Shown one piece after another: positions 58,105 to 64,000 of a stretch of 64,000 nt of DNA. The notes beneath the pieces were generated by a model, which worked only from the letters and a program-made list of their open reading frames with translations, searched no databases and was not told the origin of the DNA. The DNA comes from a virus. The stretch spans positions 32,001-96,000 of IMG/VR virus record IMGVR_UViG_3300037225_000932. The stretch is one strand, 5' to 3'. A program made the translations under genes and the position numbers. The number at the start of each line of letters is the position of its first letter. Positions within the stretch are counted from its first letter, which is position 1.

Positions 58105-59412
58105 GTGACAATTTATAGACCCATCCCATATAAACAACTACAGATTGTATATCCAGATCCAACCGGTGAATCTTTAACTTTTATTAATGACAATTTTAAG
58201 TCAATAGCAGACATTTTAGAGTCAGGAAGTTATTCTGGATTTTCTGGCTATTCAGGAACATCTGGTTATTCAGGAATGGGAATGTCAGGTTATTCTGGAA
58301 ATTCTGGTTACTCAGGTTACTCTGGACCGTCAGGTTACTCTGGTTATTCAGGAAAATCGGGTTATTCAGGATACTCAGGAGTAGGAATATCAGGTTACTC
58401 TGGTTATTCTGGAGTGTCAGGTTATTCAGGTATAAATGGGTCAATTGGGTCTTCGGGAACATCAGGCTATTCTGGTTATTCAGGAACAGGAATATCTGGA
58501 TACTCTGGATATTCAGGAGTTTCTGGATATTCAGGACCAAGTGGATACTCTGGATATTCAGGACCAAGTGGATACTCTGGATATTCAGGCTATTCTGGTT
58601 ATTCAGGAACAGGAACATCAGGCTATTCTGGTTATTCAGGAACAGGAACATCAGGTTATTCTGGTTATTCAGGAACAGGAATATCAGGATACTCTGGGTA
58701 TTCAGGCCCAAGTGGTTATTCAGGATACTCTGGAATATCTGGTTATTCAGGTTATTCTGGAACGTCTGGTTATTCAGGATACTCTGGAATATCTGGTTAT
58801 TCAGGTTATTCTGGAACGTCTGGTTATTCAGGTTATTCTGGAACAAGTGGTTATTCAGGTTATTCAGGTTATTCTGGAAAGTCTGGTTATTCAGGTTATT
58901 CTGGAACGTCTGGTTATTCAGGTTATTCTGGAACAAGTGGTTATTCAGGTTATTCAGGTTATTCTGGAATATCTGGTTATTCAGGTTATTCTGGAACAAG
59001 TGGTTATTCAGGTTATTCTGGAACGTCTGGTTATTCAGGTTATTCTGGAATAAGTGGTTATTCAGGTTATTCTGGAACATCTGGTTCAACTGGAGATATG
59101 GGGTTAAGTGGGTATTCAGGTTATTCTGGCACTTCCGGTTTAGATGGAGCTAGTGGATACTCTGGTATGGTATTATCTAATTCTTTATTATTTAATTCTA
59201 CATCAGATTGGTCAGGCCCAACTTTAGGATCATATTCTATAACTTTTTCTCATAATCTTAGTTCTAATTATATAATATGTAATGTATTTGACAATAACAA
59301 TAACATAATTTTTTCTGATATAGTAGATAATGATATTAATACTGTTATCGTAAAAGTTTCATCAGTGCCAGACAATAGGTTTGCTGGTATCGTAACGGTT
59401 TTTGCTCATTAA
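58105..59412 (+). CDS. Collagen-like (Ser-Gly-Tyr/Thr/Ile)n fibre protein
   Basis: About 310 residues with Gly at nearly every third position; C-terminal HNL..beta domain. Confidence 0.75.
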   Translation: MTIYRPIPYKQLQIVYPDPTGESLTFINDNFKSIADILESGSYSGFSGYSGTSGYSGMGMSGYSGNSGYSGYSGPSGYSGYSGKSGYSGYSGVGISGYSGYSGVSGYSGINGSIGSSGTSGYSGYSGTGISGYSGYSGVSGYSGPSGYSGYSGPSGYSGYSGYSGYSGTGTSGYSGYSGTGTSGYSGYSGTGISGYSGYSGPSGYSGYSGISGYSGYSGTSGYSGYSGISGYSGYSGTSGYSGYSGTSGYSGYSGYSGKSGYSGYSGTSGYSGYSGTSGYSGYSGYSGISGYSGYSGTSGYSGYSGTSGYSGYSGISGYSGYSGTSGSTGDMGLSGYSGYSGTSGLDGASGYSGMVLSNSLLFNSTSDWSGPTLGSYSITFSHNLSSNYIICNVFDNNNNIIFSDIVDNDINTVIVKVSSVPDNRFAGIVTVFAH

Positions 59413-59447
59413 AAAGGAAATATTTATATTTTTTAGTATATTTAATT

Positions 59448-59777
59448 ATGCCAATGTTTAAGAGCAAAATTTTGGTGCAAGCAGGAATAGCTGTTAATTA
59501 TTACTATACGACTATAGCTTATGCTTTATCTGTAAATGATTGTGTTATTGAAGCTAATGCTACTTCGGCAGCTTTTAATCTTACTTTACCAAGTGCGATT
59601 GATATATCTGGACAATTTTATTTATTAAAAAAAACAGATTCTTCTGCCAATATCGTTACAATAAAAACCACAGGAGAACAAACTATAGATGGAGCATCTT
59701 CTTATCTTTTAGAATTATTTAATGAATTTGTAGAATTAGTTTCTAATGGTTCAAATTGGATAGTTGTTTCGGAGTAA
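59448..59777 (+). CDS. Small fibre-associated beta protein
   Basis: FNLTLPSA...G..Y.LKKTDSSAN.VTI...TIDG...L.SNGSNW. Confidence 0.55.
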   Translation: MPMFKSKILVQAGIAVNYYYTTIAYALSVNDCVIEANATSAAFNLTLPSAIDISGQFYLLKKTDSSANIVTIKTTGEQTIDGASSYLLELFNEFVELVSNGSNWIVVSE

Positions 59778-59780
59778 AAA

Positions 59781-60140
59781 ATGGCAAATAAAAAAGTTTT
59801 AGTAACTAATGCGGATAATACTGTAATAAATGTTGCACAAGATGACTCGGTAACTCTTCTTCGTCGTATTCTTAAAGTTCTTGAGAGTAATGCTGTAGTA
59901 GATTCAGTCCAAAGACAAAGAGTAGCAGTAGAACAAGGAACTGCTGCTAACTTAAACTGCACCATTGCAGGAACGGCTTCTACTACAGCGGTAGCATCTA
60001 CAGTTAATATGGGACAAGTAGTAGTAAACTTCGGTGGCCAAGCACAATCAGCAGCAACCCAAATTGATAGTCGTTTTTTTATAATTGATACAGCAAGAAA
60101 CGCTTATGCTAATGGTATTAGATCTAAATTGACATGGTAA
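59781..60140 (+). CDS. Putative structural protein
   Basis: In operon with the fibre genes. Confidence 0.55.
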   Translation: MANKKVLVTNADNTVINVAQDDSVTLLRRILKVLESNAVVDSVQRQRVAVEQGTAANLNCTIAGTASTTAVASTVNMGQVVVNFGGQAQSAATQIDSRFFIIDTARNAYANGIRSKLTW

Positions 60141-60158
60141 AAAATATAGGATAATAAT

Positions 60159-63131
60159 ATGGTATTTTCTAACACATTAAAAGTTCAAGTTGACACTCCA
60201 GTTTTTGAATGGATGAGATTTGCTCCGGTTGTTACTGCTGCCGGTATGGCTTTGGTAGGAAGTCAAATAAAAGGCAACCGTTATATATTTTATCAATCTT
60301 TAGGTTCTCTTTATCGTTATGATACTTATACAGATGGATGGACACAATTAGCAACATCATTACAAACTCCAGTTACATTTTTAGCAATAGATTACGCTGC
60401 TCATTGTGGATACTATGGAAGAGTTATTGCTGCTGGTATAACTTCTTCAAAAACTCAAATAGCAGCTTTAACTGGTCAAACTCTTCTTAACTATAAAATA
60501 AAAATAATTGCTGGAAAAGGAGCAGGTCAAGAAAGAACTATAACTTCAGTTTCTGCTCCTACAATTGTCGATAAGGGAAATGCAACTTCTGGTGCAGCGA
60601 CTTCGATAACAGATACCAATGCTGGTATAATGAAAAGAAACTGGGCTCAAAATCAATGGAGAGATTATCAAGTTAGAATAACACATGGAACAGGTCCTAC
60701 TCAAATAAGAAAGATTTTATCTAATACTAGCACGGTCTTGACAATATCAGATTATAACTGGTCTGCTATTGATCCTTGGTTTTATTGTTCGTTTTCTACA
60801 ACTCCAGCCGCTGGATCTCTTTATGAAATAGAAAGCTCTATTATCACAGTTGATTCTCCTTGGACTACTCAACCTGATTCTACTTCAAGATTTGTGGTTA
60901 AATCTGGTGGAATTTGGGCATTAAGCTCTTTAGCCGCCTCTCCATATTATAGTTGGCAATATTATGATATTGCCGCAGATATCTGGTATACAAAATCTGC
61001 TTATTTAACACTTTTTAACGTTTTAGCTGCCGCCTTACCAACTGATGCGGCAATATCTTGTATTCATGATCTTGATACCAATATAGATTCAGGAACATTA
61101 TCAGGTAATGGAGCTAATGGTTCTGATGCCAGCTATACTATGGTAGATAGTGGAAAAACATGGACAACCGGAGCTTATTCTAATTATAAAGTCAATATTA
61201 CAGAAACAGCTACAGGATTAGTTCAAGAAAGAAATATATTAGTAAATGATATAACTAGAATTTGGACTACAAGAAAATGGGATACGGTCCCACAAGCAAG
61301 CACATATACATATACTATAACTCCTGATACTGATAAAATATATTGCATTGGTGGTGGCGTGTCTTCTATGTATCAGTATAGTATAGGTGGTGATATGTTT
61401 ATACCTTCTAAAGCATTTGAATATGGTGTAGCTAACGGTTTTGCTGCACAACAAATGAACGGATCATTAAATGCTGGTCCACCAATAGGTTTAGCTTCTG
61501 CTACTAGAATTACTGGTGGAGTTTTAACGGTAGCTGTATCAAATGGTGGAACAGGATATAGAATAGACGACTTAATTACTATAGCCGGTGGTGTTGGTTC
61601 AGGTGCTACCGCTAGAGTGTTAACAATAACTCCATCAACAGGAGCCGTTCTTACACTTCAATTAGAAAATACAGGTACAGTTACTTATAGTGCTGGAACG
61701 GTAGCAACTACAGGTGGTTCCGGTGCTTCTAACTTAACAGTGACCATTACTGTAGGAGCAGTAGCGACCGCAGTTACTACTGTAGCAACTCATAACTTTA
61801 AACTAGGAGACGTAGTTACTGTAACAGGAGATACTTCTGCTGGTAACTATTATAATGTTAGTAGTGGAACTATTTTAGGAATAACTTCTACTGGATTTCA
61901 ATATGCCGTTAACTCTTCAGTTGCTTCTTCTGCTACTTTTAATGCTCAATCTACGACTGTTCTTTATGATTACGGAAAAAGTTGGACAGTAAACGAACAT
62001 GCTGGAAAATATCTTTTAGTTGCCGCTATACAGTCTGCTGGTCAAGGTGTAGTTACTCAATGTAGAAAAATAGTAAGTAATACAGCATCGTCTATAACAG
62101 TAGCCACTTATACTGCTGCCGTTACTGGAACTTCTAAATATGCTATCATTGACTCAAGGGCATTTGGAACAGAAGACTCTTTTAAGGGAGATTCTACTAG
62201 AAATGGATTAATAAGTGTATGCACAGGAATTGACGGTGGAGTTACGGCAAAAACTTCACTTGCTGATTCAACTAAGTCATGGATATCTAACTATTGGATA
62301 GGTGGAGCAGCAAGAAAAATACGAGTTTTGTGTGGTCCTAACTTTGGAAATGAAATTCCTATTGTTTCAAATAGTAATAATGATCTTTATTTCGGAGCAC
62401 AATCTCTTGAAATGACTACCGCAAATGTATATTGTATTATGGATAACTATGGAGTTGCTAGTGGATCAGGCTCAACAACTTCTATAGTAGATAACACACA
62501 GAACTGGATAACCGGTGAGCATATTGGTAGAAGGGTAAAAGTTACTGCTACGAACACTGATACAGCTAACCACGGAATAGAAGTAGCAATCACAGCATCA
62601 GCAACTACAACTTTAACAACAGGAACCATAACTTCATCTGTGGCTGGAACAAGTTATTCTATATTAAACTTACCAGTAAGAGCAGCAGGTAATATTTTAA
62701 TATGGGCACCGAACTTAACTACAGGCGATGGAGCCACTCCGGACACAACATCTACTGGAAGATATTTTATATCATTTAAGGGGGGTGCAACTAATGAAAT
62801 TGATAAATATAACATAGCAACTGAAATTTGGGAAGTTCAATCTACATCTCCTCAGTTAGTTACTTATACTACAGGAGTTATGTATGCTTATGATTATTTA
62901 GATAGAATATACATAGCCAGTGAAAACTCTACTGCACTTATGACAGGTAGAATTTTCTATTATGATATACCAAAGAACAGAATAGAACAAGCCGGGCAGG
63001 CTCCAAACGGTTTTGGAACAGGTGTTCTTAGTAATAGAATGGAATGTGTTCAAACTGTTGATGGACTTAAATATTTATATCTAATGAGAAATACCGACTC
63101 TACATTTTGGAGAGTTTTATGTTATTGGTAA
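60159..63131 (+). CDS. Large Thr/Gly-rich virion fibre or surface protein
   Basis: Repeated D..K.W..N...G...(R/K)I.SN modules and propeller-like YRYD/YYD motifs. Confidence 0.6.
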   Translation: MVFSNTLKVQVDTPVFEWMRFAPVVTAAGMALVGSQIKGNRYIFYQSLGSLYRYDTYTDGWTQLATSLQTPVTFLAIDYAAHCGYYGRVIAAGITSSKTQIAALTGQTLLNYKIKIIAGKGAGQERTITSVSAPTIVDKGNATSGAATSITDTNAGIMKRNWAQNQWRDYQVRITHGTGPTQIRKILSNTSTVLTISDYNWSAIDPWFYCSFSTTPAAGSLYEIESSIITVDSPWTTQPDSTSRFVVKSGGIWALSSLAASPYYSWQYYDIAADIWYTKSAYLTLFNVLAAALPTDAAISCIHDLDTNIDSGTLSGNGANGSDASYTMVDSGKTWTTGAYSNYKVNITETATGLVQERNILVNDITRIWTTRKWDTVPQASTYTYTITPDTDKIYCIGGGVSSMYQYSIGGDMFIPSKAFEYGVANGFAAQQMNGSLNAGPPIGLASATRITGGVLTVAVSNGGTGYRIDDLITIAGGVGSGATARVLTITPSTGAVLTLQLENTGTVTYSAGTVATTGGSGASNLTVTITVGAVATAVTTVATHNFKLGDVVTVTGDTSAGNYYNVSSGTILGITSTGFQYAVNSSVASSATFNAQSTTVLYDYGKSWTVNEHAGKYLLVAAIQSAGQGVVTQCRKIVSNTASSITVATYTAAVTGTSKYAIIDSRAFGTEDSFKGDSTRNGLISVCTGIDGGVTAKTSLADSTKSWISNYWIGGAARKIRVLCGPNFGNEIPIVSNSNNDLYFGAQSLEMTTANVYCIMDNYGVASGSGSTTSIVDNTQNWITGEHIGRRVKVTATNTDTANHGIEVAITASATTTLTTGTITSSVAGTSYSILNLPVRAAGNILIWAPNLTTGDGATPDTTSTGRYFISFKGGATNEIDKYNIATEIWEVQSTSPQLVTYTTGVMYAYDYLDRIYIASENSTALMTGRIFYYDIPKNRIEQAGQAPNGFGTGVLSNRMECVQTVDGLKYLYLMRNTDSTFWRVLCYW

Positions 63132-63136
63132 AATAA

Positions 63137-63712
63137 ATGAACTGGTATAAATTTTCTCAACAAATAAGCCTTTTTACGGAAGAGATTGAAAGAAAATCTC
63201 CAAAATTACAAATTGGTATGTATAATAGTTTAGGAGAAATGGCTGTATATATAGATGGAAAAAGATATTTATATGAAAAAGTTTCTCCTTTTTTTAAGAA
63301 AAAATTACAAGTTTTTATTGATAAAAAAAACTGGACACAAGCTTTTAAATTATTAAAAAGTTTATCAGAAGTAAAAAAAGAAGCACAAAATAAAACTTTT
63401 TATCCACCCCAATTAAATATGAGTAAAAATGTTATTATAGAAATTGATGTAAAAAAGGCAGATATAGATTTACAAAAAGATACTAATTTTTATGTTGGAC
63501 CACATGCTAAAGGCGGTTTTCCTGAAAAATATAATAAAATAAAAGAATTAGATAAAATAGAAATGCCTTATATGTCAATTGACGAAAATGGACAAGTAGG
63601 ATTTCTAGATGGAAGACATCGTTTTGCTTATCTAAGAGATACTGGACTACAAAGAATACGAATAGTTGTCCCAAAAGATAAAGTAGAAATATTTAGAGCG
63701 AGATATACTTAA
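63137..63712 (+). CDS. Two-domain protein with an MNWYKFSQ tag and a C-terminal ParB/Srx-like domain
   Basis: MPYMSID...FLDGRHRF; domains separated by KKEAQ. Confidence 0.55.
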   Translation: MNWYKFSQQISLFTEEIERKSPKLQIGMYNSLGEMAVYIDGKRYLYEKVSPFFKKKLQVFIDKKNWTQAFKLLKSLSEVKKEAQNKTFYPPQLNMSKNVIIEIDVKKADIDLQKDTNFYVGPHAKGGFPEKYNKIKELDKIEMPYMSIDENGQVGFLDGRHRFAYLRDTGLQRIRIVVPKDKVEIFRARYT

Positions 63713-63753
63713 ATATTAAAGGAATTGTGAGATTTTTTTCACAATAAATAGTC

Positions 63754-63972
63754 ATGAACTTCAAAAACGATTCAATAAAAGAAATTGGAGATTTAGCAAA
63801 AAAAGAAGAGTTTGCTTATTTTTTTGCTAATATGGAAAGTAAAAAAGATCAAGTTCCTGATGCTTTAATAGAAAAAATAGCACTTATATTTATGAATGAA
63901 TTTAACATAAAAATACCAGAACAAGATAAAGTAGAGTTTTTTATTAAATTAGGATTTTTCGCGGGAAAATAA
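63754..63972 (+). CDS. Hypothetical protein
   Basis: Short ORF after a promoter motif. Confidence 0.5.
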   Translation: MNFKNDSIKEIGDLAKKEEFAYFFANMESKKDQVPDALIEKIALIFMNEFNIKIPEQDKVEFFIKLGFFAGK

Positions 63973-63974
63973 AA

Positions 63975-64000
63975 ATGAACTGGTATAAAATCGCACAAAA
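63975..64000 (+). CDS. 5' end of an MNWYKIAQ-tagged protein, truncated by the window edge
   Basis: atgaactggtataaaatcgcacaa. Confidence 0.6.

Noticed and set aside
58196-59089. Alternative-frame and antisense ORFs (NNLNN and VIQVI repeats) over the SGY gene
   Set aside because: Shadows of a 9-nt periodic repeat that lacks stops in those frames
58222-59166. CRISPR array
   Set aside because: Coding triplet repeat with no unique spacers; no cas genes or arrays seen in the window
1-64000. Genome-wide TAG reassignment (code 15-like)
   Set aside because: Long genes are intact in code 11 without in-frame TAG, and genes ending at 7020, 14831, 36877 and 56768 appear to use TAG as stop

Overview
AT-rich, gene-dense, mostly plus-strand segment of a large tailed-phage genome. 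A Planctomycetota/PVC-like host is suggested only indirectly, by the FliA/WhiG-type sigma, TIGR03790 and LTxxQ proteins. Layout: (1) ~1-8 kb, glycan-modification cluster with tandem paralogs; (2) ~8-15 kb, accessory and translation-related genes, including a stand-alone TnpB, a SpoU methylase, PanD, an amber-suppressor tRNA(CUA) and an unannotated PTH2-like gene with two in-frame TAG codons; (3) ~15-26 kb, SNF2 helicase, sigma factor, AAA ATPase, class II RNR and dUTPase; (4) ~26-56 kb, head module with terminase, many putative internal head proteins, a two-intein portal fused to a nuclease, a 1998-aa protease/scaffold, decoration protein and MCP; (5) ~56-64 kb, an orphan omegaRNA-like remnant, an (SGY)n collagen-like protein and fibre-like proteins. 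Best candidates for undescribed biology: a local amber-gated module (suppressor tRNA nested in a tRNA-like shell, plus the TAG-containing PTH2-like gene); a recurring NWYK/FNL..K-x-A/S peptide tag marking probable capsid cargo and processing sites; a shared N-terminal hydrophobic-x-hydrophobic-x-Tyr tag on unrelated glycan enzymes; an AAAGGA-N17-G(T/A)A phage promoter; and a candidate -1 frameshift. All family calls come from motif recognition by eye, not database searches.
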